Shown here: positions 39,226-51,219 of the stretch, one piece after another
Layout of the letters: the number at the start of each line of letters is the position of its first letter
How positions within the stretch are numbered: position 1 is the stretch's first letter
Assembly: GCF_035084215.1 (NCBI RefSeq)
Contig: NC_090354.1
Location: 25,048,001-25,112,000 of the forward strand
Direction: 5' to 3'
Length of the DNA: 64,000 bases
Source of the DNA: Heptranchias perlo
Taxonomy: Eukaryota
Program-made: the position numbers and the translations under genes
Notes under the pieces: generated by a model
What the model was told of the DNA's origin: nothing
Seen by the model: the letters and a program-made list of their open reading frames with translations, nothing else
The model's database searches: none

Positions 39226-39799
39226 GTAAGTGCTAACCAGGCCTGAGGCCTAGTCCATTTTATAATTGGTTCACTTTATTTTAATTCAGTTTTAATATTT
39301 GCTCTGCTGTAAATGACATTGTAAGTACTAAGAGAACATATTAGTTCACAGGAGGGATCTGTCAGTCCAAAGGAGATTTCATAGGTTCAATACAGTGCTT
39401 TCACTACTGTAATGATACTGGGATAGTCCTAGCTCCAAAGTATATGGAAATTAGCTGCCACATTTGCCTACACCAAATCGCTACATTTAAAAGAACTTCA
39501 TTGGCTTTGAAGCAATTTGGGATATCCTGAGAATGTGAAAGGCACTATATAAATGCAAACTCTTTCTTCCTTTCACTTCCTCTCACTGTCCACAGTGGAA
39601 GTGGAAGTTTGCAGGCACAAAGCAGCAGCCTGGGAGATCACAACCTTCAGTTTATGACCCCTACCAACTGCAGGAGAGCTAATAGGCCTGATTCTACTCC
39701 ACTTTACCTGCACCTAGCCCAATACCCAATTAAAGCTAGTAAAGCATCAATGTATTTATACTGCACTTTATGGAGTTTGAGCATTCAATTATACAAGAA

Positions 39800-40017
39800 A
39801 AAGGAAGACTTCCATTTATGTAGCGTCTTTCATGACCTCAGGATGTTCCAAAACACTTTACAGCCAATAAAGTACTTCTTGAAGTGTAGTCACTGTTGTA
39901 ATGTAGGAAACGCAGCAGCCAATTTGTGCACAGCAAGCTCCCACAAACAGCAACGTGATAACGACCAGATAAATCTGATTTTAGTGATATGGTTGAGGGA
40001 TAAATATTGGTCAGGAC
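39800..40017 (-). mobile_element. DeuSINE 3' half in the first coding intron of TMEM98
   Basis: Aligns to 10025-10245. Confidence 0.75.
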
Positions 40018-41549
40018 AATTAAAATAATACCTTTTCCACAAATTTACAAAATGTAACATTAATTTTTGTAAATGTAATTTATGTCTCCAAATGTTTCTT
40101 GGCAGTTGAAAAACAGACTGAAGTTTATTAAAGTGCGGGCTCTGTCTTAAAGGAATCACTTAATGTGCCTGTGTATGGAAAGGCTGTGATTTCTCAAGCT
40201 GATATGTATAGTCTGGAACACACCTCCCAGCTCAGTGTCAGCGAGCTGGGTTAAATATTAGTAAAGCATTGGTAGTTCTGTTTGCTTAAAGTCCTTGGTT
40301 TTCATCTGAGATAAACAATGAATCATGACCCTTAAGTCAAATAATAGACTCTATAATTGGCTCATTGGTGGAGAGTACTCACATGAAAATTCTCAATCGG
40401 GACTAGGAATTCTGAAAATACGAATCTAGCTACAAAAAAAACAAAAGAGAAATCGGATCATTAAAGCGCTAGCACCAGGTTTTATAAACTGCACCAATGG
40501 TTGTTGCAGGACAAATCGCTTTTGCTAAAAACTCTCTTTATGAAGGGAGTGTCTTTCAGGAGATTCTCAGTGTTGCAGCACTTGGTAACGGGCTCCCTCT
40601 GCTGGATGTATAGAAGGAAGGAGCGCAGGTACATCCTGCTCTGATACCGTCGCGGGAGAATCACATACAAACCCCACAAAGGAGCTAATATATTGTCCAG
40701 CTCTGTGGCAATAAATCCACCGGGATTAATGCTAGGATATCTAGTCGCTGTTTATTTCCCCCATCCTGACCAGATTTTCTGGCATTTCATGCTGGTTGGC
40801 AGTTTCAAATGGCAATATACAGTGGCCATTTTTTCTTAATATTGCATGTTATAGCCTTTAACCTGCAACATGTCAGTTTGGCTCAGTTGGTAAGCCTCCT
40901 GCCTCTGGGTTGTGTGTTTGAATCCCACACCAGGCCATGAGGTGATTAATCCGGGCTGACACGCCAGTGCAGCACTGAGGGAGTGCTGCATTGTCAGAGG
41001 TGCTGTTCTTTAGCTGAGACATTAAATTAAGATTCCATCTGCCTGTGCTCTATCTAAAGAAGAGCAGGTGGTTCTCCAGGTGTACTGGTCAACACTCCTG
41101 CCTCCACCAAAATCACTGGACGTTCATCTCATTGCTGTTCACGATTATTTTAATAAAAGTCGCCACTGTATTGTTGATTAAAATTAACCAGCAGAAAATT
41201 CAAAAACCTGTCCCCACCAGTGAAAAAATGACCCTAGCCAATAGTAGCATAACATAATCTGTTGTGAACAAACCCAGGAGCCCATCCTACTCTTTAAACC
41301 ACAGCATAAGTGAGTCGTGTTATACAGGCCGCTCTTACTCTCATCTCAGGAGTTGCCTGACAGTCGTTGCTAGTGAGGCAGCTGGGCCGAAATAGAAGTC
41401 TTATCTCAGACGAGCTGCCTGTGGAGGCGGCCGCTCACCTCCAGTACGTTGATGAGTCCGGGGACCGATTTCCATCAATCCTCGGGCCTCTTGGTTAGGG
41501 CACAGCCTGAAAATGGGCCCAGACTAATTTCTATCCCCAGGTGTTGGAG

Positions 41550-41790
41550 AGATAGTCAACTGCAGCCAAGTCCTATCCTGCCCTTCCTTAACATCCACAC
41601 ACACCCGCTTCCACCAGGGATCATTGGTAGCGGCCCAAGGCTCAGAACCCGTGTCAATTTCCCCTTTCTTAACCCAGGAACACTGAGGCCAATTTTAGTA
41701 TCCTACTTCCACCCCAGCTGAAACCAACTACCTTAGCACAGGCTGGGGATTGATACTTGGTCTGTCTAACTGAGCTACTCACTGCCGTAA
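41550..41790 (-). mobile_element. LF-SINE-like element just upstream of TMEM98 coding exon 2
   Basis: CCTATCCTGCCC...CACTGAGGCCAATT...AGCACAG.CTGGGGATTGA. Confidence 0.65.
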
Positions 41791-41860
41791 CCATTAGCTT
41801 TGCCCCAGTTTATATTATTCCCAGTTTGTGATTTACCTAATGGTTTGTTTTGTCTCGCAG

Positions 41861-41992
41861 GCCTACAGTGGATCTGATTGGCGCAATGGAGACACAGAGT
41901 GAGCCCTCAGAACTGGAGCTGGATGATGTTGTTATCACAAATCCTCACATTGAGGCGATCCTGGAAAATGAAGACTGGATAGAGGATGCCTC
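41861..41992 (+). CDS. TMEM98: TMEM98 coding exon 2 (PTVDLIGAMETQSEPSELELDDVVITNPHIEAILENEDWIEDAS)
   Basis: tttgtctcgcag acceptor, tc|gtatgt donor, 132 nt; peptide essentially identical to human TMEM98. Confidence 0.97.
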
Positions 41993-42582
41993 GTATGTAC
42001 AGAGCATGGACATTTATATCATTGCTGATTTACCAACGCTGTCTGAACAAACACTGAGCTAATCTTTCTCATAAGCTGAGAATATTTTGTATTCCCCACT
42101 AGCCCGAGACCTTCTAAATCCAAACGATGGTGTGTCACCTGCTTTTGGGCGGCCACCAAAGACTTGGCCAGTACTTCAGTGCAGTACTGAGGGAGTGTTG
42201 CACTGCGGGAGGTGTTGTCTTTTGGATGAGACGTTGAACCGAGGCCCCGTCTCCCCTCTCAGGTGGACATAAAAGATCCCATGGCACTATTTTGAAGAAG
42301 AGCAGGGGAGTTCTCCCCAGTGTCCCGGCCAATATTTATCCCTCAACCAACATCATTTAAAAAAAATGACTAGGTCAGTCAGCATCTGTGAAGAAGTTAA
42401 TGCTTTGGATGTGAAGAAGAACATTTTCTGTTTGTGCTTCTATAAAGTGTAGCAAAGTGTGGTTCTTCTGGCTAGTTGAGTGTGTGTGTGTGGGCACACA
42501 TGCACGTGTGTATGTCAGTGAGTATTTGATTGAGTTCTATATGTGAATGTGTGTAACTAAAATAGACTCTTCTCTTTTCTAG

Positions 42583-42616
42583 GGGTTTGGTGTCACACTG
42601 CATTGAGATTCTTAAG
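42583..42616 (+). CDS. TMEM98: TMEM98 coding exon 3 (GLVSHCIEILK)
   Basis: tctcttttctag acceptor, aag|gtaaga donor, 34 nt, frame-compatible with its neighbours. Confidence 0.95.
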
Positions 42617-42927
42617 GTAAGAATTGTGCCAGCTTTTATTGGAAACCAAAGTGAAGAGTCAAGGCTTATATTAGGAACATAGGAACAGGAGTAGAGCCAT
42701 TCAGCCTCTCGTGTCTGTTCCACCATTCAGTTAGATCATGGCTGATCTGTACCTCAACTCTAGTTACCTGCCATAGCTCCATATCCCTTGATAGCCTTAC
42801 CCAACAAAAATCTATCTATCTCAGTCTTGAAAGCTCCAATTGACCCCCAGCATCCACAGCCTTTTGGGGGAAGAGTTTTCCAGATTTCTGCTACCCTTTA
42901 TGTGAAAAAAATGCTTCCTGATTTCCC

Positions 42928-42966
42928 TTCACCTGAGGAAGGAGGAAGCCTCCGAAAGCTTGTGAA
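42928..42966 (+). ncRNA. Minimal type I hammerhead ribozyme motif (copy 1, sense to TMEM98)
   Basis: Core CUGAnGA and GAAA; stem I UUCAC/GUGAA; stem II GGAGG/CCUCC; palindromic AGCU in place of stem III. Confidence 0.7.
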
Positions 42967-43020
42967 TTTAAAATAAAATTGCTGGACTATAACTTGGTGT
43001 TGTAAAATTGTTTACAATTG
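42929..43020 (+). mobile_element. Short Penelope-like element fragment carrying a minimal hammerhead ribozyme motif
   Basis: 92-bp insert interrupting a CR1 3' end, flanked by TCCCT direct repeats; contains TTCAC-CTGAGGA-A-GGAGG-AAG-CCTCC-GAAA-GC-TT-GTGAA. Confidence 0.75.
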
Positions 43021-43673
43021 TCCCTCCTAAATGACCTATCTCTAATTTTAAGATTATGCCCTCTTATTCTGGATTCCCTCACAAGAGGAAAATAGTTTCT
43101 GTGCCTTCAATATCGAACCCCTTTATAATTTTATCGCAGGCCAGCTACAAGAATAGGAGAGATGATGAATTGGAAAGTTGTGATAAATTACTTCAAAAGG
43201 TTAAGTTGGGCACTGTGAAACTAATCGTTACATTGTAAGCAATTGTATCGAGTGCGGCTAACAGTTAGTTAAAGTTGACAAAATGAGATTGCATGCAAAT
43301 GATCCAGACCAAAGATAATTTTCATTCATCATTTGGAGTTTACACCTGTCGAGTCTCTGCTGGCACCTGAACTCATTAGGGCTTTTCTCATGCCAAGAAT
43401 ATAAGTCATAATGTTGCAGAGGAACCGAAGAGTCAATGGGACTGAGGAGCATCATACTGGAACCGATGGTGAGAATGTGTGTATTTGGCAAACCCTGACA
43501 CTGGATGAACGATGTAACAAACACCCAACATTTTTAATTAGAAAAGCAAAATGTGATCTCTGAGGTACATTTTGTTCTGGAATTTTTGAGTGTTTGCTCT
43601 GAGGGTTTAAGAACGGGTGATCTTCACTGTTGTTGATCCTTCTGATCATTTAGATCTACACTTTGTTTTACAG

Positions 43674-43789
43674 ATATGTCATACTCTGACTGAGAAACTG
43701 GTTGCCATGACGATGGGATCAGGGGCAAAGATTAAATCGCCAGCCAGGCTGAGTGACATAATCGTGGTGGCAAAGAGGATTAGTCCAAG
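43674..43789 (+). CDS. TMEM98: TMEM98 coding exon 4 (ICHTLTEKLVAMTMGSGAKIKSPARLSDIIVVAKRISP-R)
   Basis: ttttacag acceptor, ag|gtgaga donor, 116 nt; matches the TMEM98 peptide. Confidence 0.97.
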
Positions 43790-45004
43790 GTGAGAAAAAC
43801 CTATCTCTGGATAGCACAACAGAACAGCTCAAAGCACTTTGTTATCGATGTGTAGTCATTAATAAATAGGATGAGACAGCAGAGCAAATTTTCCCACAGT
43901 GATGGGTTCAAAGGGCCACTGCCGTGAGGAAATAAATTATATGGTAGAAATTGGGTTGGTGCAGTGGGTTAGATACTGGCCTTTCACTTCTGGGATGAGG
44001 AGCATTCCCTGCGTCTCCCGAGTGGCTCGAGAGTAAAGTCCAGCGGCTGTGTCTTCAAGCCAACCTGAGACCACAGGCCCCCGGGAAACCATGAAACACG
44101 CTGGTTCAGCATAAAGAACTTCTCAATTTCCAGCTTATCACTTCCTTTCACAATCGTAAACGCTTGAAACAGGTCTCCCTGCTGTCTCCATCTTCATTTT
44201 TCTATAGAAGATGACTTGAGGTCTGCACCTGTCCTCACAGCACCGTAGTCTTGCACTTATCTCAGTTCACTTTATTTTTGGGTAACGCCTATTCATTAGG
44301 TCGAAAGCTACTTTTGTCTAGAAAATCTTGACCGTGCATTGGAATCTGTAATTCAAAGTGGAAATTTCAGGTAAGGGAAAGAGCCAGGATTTATAAGTAC
44401 TTGCCCCAAAATCATTTTTAAACTAATTTGTTCTTTACCTAAAATGAACTGCAGGCTGCACTGTGGACCCTGATAGGAATTCAGTCAAGTAAATGTGGTA
44501 GGATGATGTGGGCAATCAGGCCGATCTCAATGGAATTGATCTTGTTTAGAGACTAGTCATGGGCTCTTTTCCTACATCAACTAATGATTTACCAATAAGG
44601 GCACAATTTTGGGCACTTCATTATAAGAAGGATATAACAGCGATAGAAAAGGTACAGTGTAGAATCACTAGAATGTTACCAATGATGAGGGGTTGCAATA
44701 GTGAAGAGAGTTGAGAAGTGAGGACTTTGTCACTGGAGCTGCGAAGATTAAGGGGTATCTTCAAGATTATGAAGAGCTATGAGATTGTTTCCACTGATTG
44801 GTGAGATGGTAACAAGAGGGCACAAATTTAAGATAATCACAATCATTTGGCTTTGTAATCCAACGTTCTATTTACTTCTCCACGTAATCTAAACATGATT
44901 ACATTTATTCACTGCTTTCTGTAAGGAGAGAATTCCTCCAGTCCTATCTCCGCCTTGGTAGAGCTTTCAGTAACGCATTTCTTTTCTTTCCCGTTCACTG
45001 TTAG

Positions 45005-45064
45005 GGTGGATGATGTTGTGAGATCGATGTACCCTCCATTGGACCCCAAGCTGCTGGATGCCAG
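45005..45064 (+). CDS. TMEM98: TMEM98 coding exon 5 (VDDVVRSMYPPLDPKLLDA-R)
   Basis: ctgttag acceptor, ag|gtctgt donor, 60 nt; conserved SMYPPLDPKLLDAR motif. Confidence 0.96.
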
Positions 45065-45276
45065 GTCTGTAGCAGGTTCTATTGCTTCTAAAATGTTAAC
45101 ATATCAGCTTTTTAGAACTTTATATAATGAAACATGAGCGACATACCTCTCAATCTGCAATTTGTTGAATGGGTGGAATAACTGCACTTGGATAGGAGCG
45201 CAGTTTTCAGCACAGTTGGCACATCAGCTGACTTTACCTGCGTGGGAGTCTTGCGTCTCACTGGCACTTTTCTCCG

Positions 45277-45367
45277 ATTGTAAACAATTTTACAACACCA
45301 AGTTATAGTCCAGCAATTTTATTTTAAATTCACAAGCTTTCGGAGGCTTCCCCCTTCCTCAGGTGAA
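45277..45367 (-). mobile_element. Second copy of the Penelope-like hammerhead-bearing fragment, inverted
   Basis: Near-identical reverse complement of 42928-43019; motif at 45329-45367 has stem II GGGGG/CCUCC (G-U wobble replaces A-U). Confidence 0.75.
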
Positions 45368-46737
45368 CGTTGTTGAACGTTGCTTTTGTCCGAAGCACTG
45401 TTTAATGTTGGGACGTCGCAATTAAAACAGGCCTTTTGATAGAAGTGTGGTCAACTGTAAGGAGAAATTAGACTCAATGCTTGCTGCTCTTGCTGAAGAA
45501 AAGACAGGAACTAGTGTTCTTCACTAGACATGGAGGCAGGGTGAGGTGCTGACATAAAAGGGAGGATGTAGCACAGTATAGAAGTGAGTGTGGCACTGAC
45601 ACAGAGGTGGGCATGATGCTGATATGGGGATAGGGGTGGTGCAACCATGGGGGCAATTTGTAATGTGGTACGTGGGGGATTGTGGTGGCACGGAGTCAGG
45701 GTTGATGCTGGTATGGGGACTGGATGAGATGGTACAGGTTTGTGTGGAGTGAAGACAATTGCTTTGGTTGGTGACGGTGACATTTTTACACAAGATGCTT
45801 TGGTGTAAAACTAATTCTAAGGAAACTGTGATGAAGAGACAGGAACACAAATAACAATCAGAAAATGTGACGATTATTTGTACAAGAAATCTAATCAATA
45901 AAATCCAACTTCAAGGACCTTTTCACTGAACAGGAACCGATTACTCCTGATATTGCTGTCCCCGGTTGTGAGGATTAGATTGTGTAAATTAATCTGAAGC
46001 AAGTATTTAGCAATGATCCATAAACATACTGCAGGTTAAAGGTCAGATGGTGGTAAATAGTCTGCAGTACTTAAGAATGACCTATATGATCAAGGTTCAA
46101 AGATGGTGTTAAATCATCAGGGTTTATAGGAGTGAGCCACACACACAGGGATTTGGGATCTGATGGTATTGAAAGAGTGATACAGAGCTTGTCGGATTTC
46201 CAGCAAACTATATCATTGAGTGTAAAGGAGCTTGATTCTCTGCACGGTGAGCTCCTCTTTTTAAATGAACGACCTCAGGAAGTGCCAAGCAGAGGCCTCA
46301 AAGGGAGGGAGAGAGAGTCAGTGGTGTAGCTCCTCCATGCCTATTTTGCATATGTCCTGATGGACCATTAAAAGTAGCATTAGTCCAGCCATTGGTGCAC
46401 ATCCTGTCTGTTTTATAATGGCAGAGGCATTGGAACAAATCTCCAGCTCGTATTTATGCTCATGGAAGGAAAAATACAGAAGAAAACAACAGAACTAAAT
46501 TGGAAGATAGGTTATCTGTAGCCCTTAAAATCTGATTCTACTGCTAACACGCTGTCAACTGAAAACTATATGCACTTTAAGACACCTTTATATTGTGCCA
46601 AGGGGTCCTGGGGGGAAAGGGGGACCCGCGATCTTTGTACACAGTGTTGCCGATCCTGAGGAAGATCTGCTGGAAACCAGAGCCTCATAATTCTCGCCAA
46701 TAAAAGTGAGGGTTGCATGTCCGCACTTTTGCTTGTA

Positions 46738-47400
46738 AACAACAACAACTTGCATTTATATAGCGCCTTTAATGTAGTAAAACGTCCCAAGACGCTTCAC
46801 AGGAGCATTATCAAACAAAATTTGACACCAAGCCACATACCTACACATTTTTTTTTATTCGTTCACGGGATGTGGGCATCGCTGGCGAGGCCAGCATTTA
46901 TTGCCCATCCCTAATTGCCCTCGAGAAGGTGGTGGTGAGCCGCCTTCTTGAACCGCTGCAGTCCGTGTGGTGACGGTTCTCCCACAGTGCTGTTAGGAAG
47001 GGAGTTCCAGGATTTTGACCCAGCGACAATGAAGGAACGGCGATATATTTCCAAGTCGGGATGGTGTGTGACTTGGAGGGGAACGTGCAGGTGGTGTTGT
47101 TCCCATGCGCCTGCTGCTCTTGTCCTTCTAGGTGGTAGAGGTCGTGGGTTTGACCAAATGCTTGGTCAAAGAGGTAGGTTTTAAGGAGTGTCTTAAAGGG
47201 GAGAGAGAGGTAGAGAGGTTTAGGGAGGGAATTCCAGAGCTTAGGGCCTAGGCAGCTGAAGACACGGTTGCCAATGGAGCAGCAATGAAAATTGGGGATG
47301 CGCAAGAGGCCAGAATTGGAGGAGTGCAGAGATCTCGGAGGGTTGTAGGTCAGGAAGAGGTTACAGAGACAGGGAGGGGCGAGGCCATGGAGGGATTTTA
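46738..47400 (-). mobile_element. L2-type LINE 3' end with a nested second LINE 3' end (about 46848-47151)
   Basis: Chimeric ORF 46898-47407 joins LHGLAPPCLCNL...KLWNSLP to the other family's tail. Confidence 0.82.
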
Positions 47401-47739
47401 ATATCAAGGCATTGCCAAATCTTTACATTGCGACCCAAACCACAGCTCCTGACTTCCATCACCACTGGAACAAAGAAGGCTGTTGCAGCTGACAGTAAGA
47501 ACCTGCCTAGCATTAAACCTCTGCTTTGCTGTAGTGAGGCTGCTGTACTAAATATGGTAATTTATGTATGCTAATATGTGCTAATGATTTGTGAAAGTGA
47601 CATCATGCACTAGTAACCGTAAAGGCACAAAATGGAGTCAAAAAGGAGACTGAAACCAATGTGTTTTCCAGAATTAAAATTGTTGGGTTTGTGAAATTTG
47701 AGGATGGCTCCTCTGATGGGCCAGCTAATGAGAGCAGTA

Positions 47740-48060
47740 AGTAGCAGAGTTATACAGACCAGAAGATCCCAGACTTGATCTCAAGTCTTTGCTGAATTGG
47801 CTGATTTGAGCTGGTGTGACAGAGGAGGTACAAATAGCCACAGGGTTCCTGGGTTAGGGAATGGAAAATCGGACAAACATCCTGCTCAATTGCTATCCAG
47901 CGACTGTGCTGATTGGTGAGAACAGGCTCAGCAATCATGCTCCCCATGGTGGAATAGTCTGCCAATCCGCATATGAGAAATGGCCACTTAGGCAAGGTGC
48001 CTGTGGAACTGATCCCTAGCAAGGAGTCGATGCCTTCAAGAGAGGAGAAGAGGAAAAAAA
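47740..48060 (+). mobile_element. LF-SINE-like element
   Basis: AATGGCCACTTAGGCAAGG...GTGGAACTG..CCCTAGCAAGGAGTC..TGCCTTCAAGAGAGGAG. Confidence 0.7.
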
Positions 48061-48549
48061 TTGTAAGAAAGAGGATGATAAAAAAATACTTTCCCTTGGA
48101 CTGTGTAGAAAGGAAAAACAAGAAATAGGAGCAGGAGGAGGCCATACAGCCCCCCGAGCCTGCTCCGCCATTCAACGAGATCATGGCTGATCTTCGACCT
48201 CAACTCCACTTTCCTGCCTGATCCCTATATCCCTTGATTCCCTTATAAAAATATTTGCATGGTCCTTAATTTCGGGAAAAAGATCTCTAAAATGTAGACA
48301 GCAGCATTAGACTGCAGAAACCACATCAATAAGGAGCACTCCTCAAAGGCCCAACATACACCAAGGAGGCTCAGTCATCCATTCCCCCTTGCTATCCTCA
48401 GCCACCATTAATGGTAAACCCAGCTTTGGTGTATTGAGCAGAGGTTCAAACTTAGAATGTATAATCATTGCAGTCTTCATTTTCATTCATATTTCACTAA
48501 AGAGTTTCCTTTCTGATGTGTGATTATATTTCTCTTACATTTCTTGCAG

Positions 48550-48757
48550 AACCACTGCCCTCCTGCTCTCCGTCAGCCATCTTGTATTGGTTACCAGGAA
48601 CGCGTGCCACATGACTGGAAGCCTCGACTGGATTGACCAATCCCTCTCCTCAGCTGAGGAGCACATGGCAGTGCTGCGGGAGGCAGCTCTGGCGAGTGAA
48701 CCTGAGAGGAACCTCATGGGGTGTGACAACTTCTGTCAGGAACAGTCTGCAATTTAG
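48550..48757 (+). CDS. TMEM98: TMEM98 last coding exon (TTALLLSVSHLVLVTRNACHMTGSLDWIDQSLSSAEEHMAVLREAALASEPERNLMGCDNFCQEQSAI*)
   Basis: ttcttgcag acceptor; TAG at 48755-48757; conserved C-terminal EQSAI; joined CDS 131+132+34+116+60+208 = 681 nt. Confidence 0.97.
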
Positions 48758-50459
48758 CCCCTGGCTGGTGATGGAACAGGGGGGGAGCCTAGACTTTCCC
48801 AATTTGGACAGCTCAGTTTTAACATACACCTTTTCTATCCACAGCAGTAGCACAGTTTAATCAATCTGTGAACAGTGTGCCTTGAAATTAATTGAAAACT
48901 GGGCTTTACTGTTCAGATGAGTTTGGACACAAAGATCAGATATTAATGTCAATTATAGTCCCAAAGTCTGCTTGATTGTTTACCTGATGTTTACAGTAAA
49001 CACTTATGAGCGTCTTTGACGACAGCGTAGTTACACATTAACTAGTCACGTGCCCCCGTCTGCTGCTTTTTACCTCACTGTTTCCAGCTCTTTGTTTACA
49101 GCAGGTTTCATTAACCAAGTTTCTCCAGCGAATCCCAGGTTTGATGTTTCCTTGAATTGCTGTGCCTGAAAGTTTTAGTCAAAAACCTAAGGAAACAAAT
49201 AAGTCACTGGAAAGAGAAAGTGGGTGTCCTTAGATTTTAACACGCATTGGGTGTGACTGAGATCAATTCTCATCTGCCAGAGAAAAGTTGACTTTAAACA
49301 AGATTAATTATTAACTATTTGTTTTTCTCCATGATAGTGAAAATAGACTTGATGTAGCGTTTACTTTCTGCCATCAGATGTTTCTAGGTTACTTCTAAGT
49401 CTGTTAAGGATTTTAGTGATATTGGAAATTTTTTAAAGCACAACTATTAGCAATATAAGAATTGTATGAAAAGTTGTTTATGTTGAAATTGTGCTACAGA
49501 ATGTTATCAATGAGCACGCTCAAATGAGATACCTTTGCTATTTTACCATAGGTGTCGATCTGTTTTATTTTAAACAGGTTGATGGCTTTAAGATATCAGA
49601 GAAAAGGATTTCTTGAGAGCAGGTTTGTCACTAATATCACATGGTGTGATTTCAACCCAATTAGGTCGTCAGGGTGAATTGTGCGGGGCGGGGCTCACCG
49701 GGAACAATTGAGGGCACTTCAAATTAGACCCACTGCTCCAATCCGTGCTCCCACCAAGCAAATCTCCGATCTGCATTCCCGGGAACCGACACTCCATGTC
49801 CATAGCTTCGTATTGCACAATTACCCTTATTATGTTGTGAGAAAGAGGCCGGAATGTTTGATCCAAAGTGATGGCTAATCAAGAATGTGGCCTTGATTGT
49901 ACCGTTGTTGAATTGTAAGCAGGCTCTCGTTTATTTAAAAAGTGAGCGTGGGAGCCATGAGTGTGAAAGCTTTTACCTTTCTCATTTGGAAGATCCTGGT
50001 AATATAGACGACCGCCTGGACTGTGCAAACACCAGTGGTACTTAAAGTAGTCAGATTGCGATTTGGGCTATTAAGGCAGGCCTAGTGAGTACATCTGTGT
50101 ATGCTAATCATTCTAACTGCTGATAGACTTACTGCGACTTGTTGCCTCTTGTTCCCATTGTTACAGTGTTCAGAATGGAGCTTATGCCTTCTTCCTGATC
50201 TTGTGACATCCTTTCCCAACAGAATTTCTCCTGCTCCTCTACATTTGCTGAATGAACTCTTAAAGGGACAGAATCACCCTTGGGCATGCGTCAGAGCGTT
50301 GGTGCCTGAAATAGACGGGAGCAGCCCTTACACTGCGGAGCTGCCACCCTGAACACTGCAGCACATCTGCACGGCCCCAGTCACTGCACCTACTCCAGTA
50401 CCAAGGTTTTGACATCCCGTTTGTGTCTTTATTCTTTTATTTAAACTACAATTAGAAAC

Positions 50460-50465
50460 AATAAA
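50460..50465 (+). terminator. Candidate polyadenylation signal for TMEM98 (about 1.7 kb 3'UTR)
   Basis: AATAAA after an AU-rich unique stretch downstream of the stop codon; no transcript evidence. Confidence 0.4.
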
Positions 50466-50689
50466 TTTGTCATGGCAGGGGGCCGCTGTGTCCAAACTGG
50501 ATCACATGCAGTCCCCAAGCCATGGCAATGTGATCATCGAAGCTCAGGCAACTCAGCCCTTTTTGCACTTCCATTTTATATTTGTAGTTTGAATGTTGTG
50601 GGCCAGTGGCTTTGGAAAGAATGGTTTTTTAGCACTGTTGCTTCATTGGTGGATAAATCTCAAATCAGAACACCAAGATCTTTTTTAAA

Positions 50690-51165
50690 AATTCATACTT
50701 CAGGACGTGGGCGTCACTGGCAAGGCCGGCAATTATTGCCCATCCCTAGATGCCCTTGAGAAGGTGGTGCTGGGCCTTCTTCTTGAACCGCTGCAGTCCG
50801 TGTGGTGGAGGGTCTCCCACCGTGCTGTTGGGGAGTTCCAGGATTTTGACCCAGCGATGATGAAGGAACGGCCGCTATGTATCCAAGTCAGGATGGCGTG
50901 TGACTTGGAGGGGAACTTGGAGGTGATGGTGTTCCCATGCACCTGCTTCCCTTGTCTTTCTAGGTGGTGGTTGCGGGCTTGGGGAGGTGCTGCCAAAGAA
51001 GCCTTGGCGAGTTGCTGCAATGCATCCTGTAGATAGGACACCCTGCAGTCACAATGCGCCGGTGGTGGAGGGAGTGGACGTTTAAGCCAGTGGCTGGGCT
51101 GTCGATCAAGTGGACCGCTTTGTCCTGGATAGTGTCGAGCTTCTTGAGTGTTAGTATCAGCAACT
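50690..51165 (-). mobile_element. LINE 3' fragment (CR1-group)
   Basis: TLKKLDTIQDKAVHLI...SLHHRR motif; same tail as 5222-5545. Confidence 0.82.
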
Positions 51166-51219
51166 TGAAACGGAAGCAAATTAAATGGGGTCTGAGATTA
51201 AACTTTATATACCATCTTC

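Larger units (their letters stand above)
42673..43130 (-). mobile_element. CR1 (HER1-like) 3' end hosting the hammerhead insert
   Basis: Matches 22040-22390 and 51220-51540 apart from the 92-bp insert. Confidence 0.85.

Noticed and set aside
45420-46350. Faint hints of an older convergent Myb/transposase Harbinger relic in the last TMEM98 intron
   Set aside because: Similarity too weak by eye and no clear TIRs; needs an HMM search
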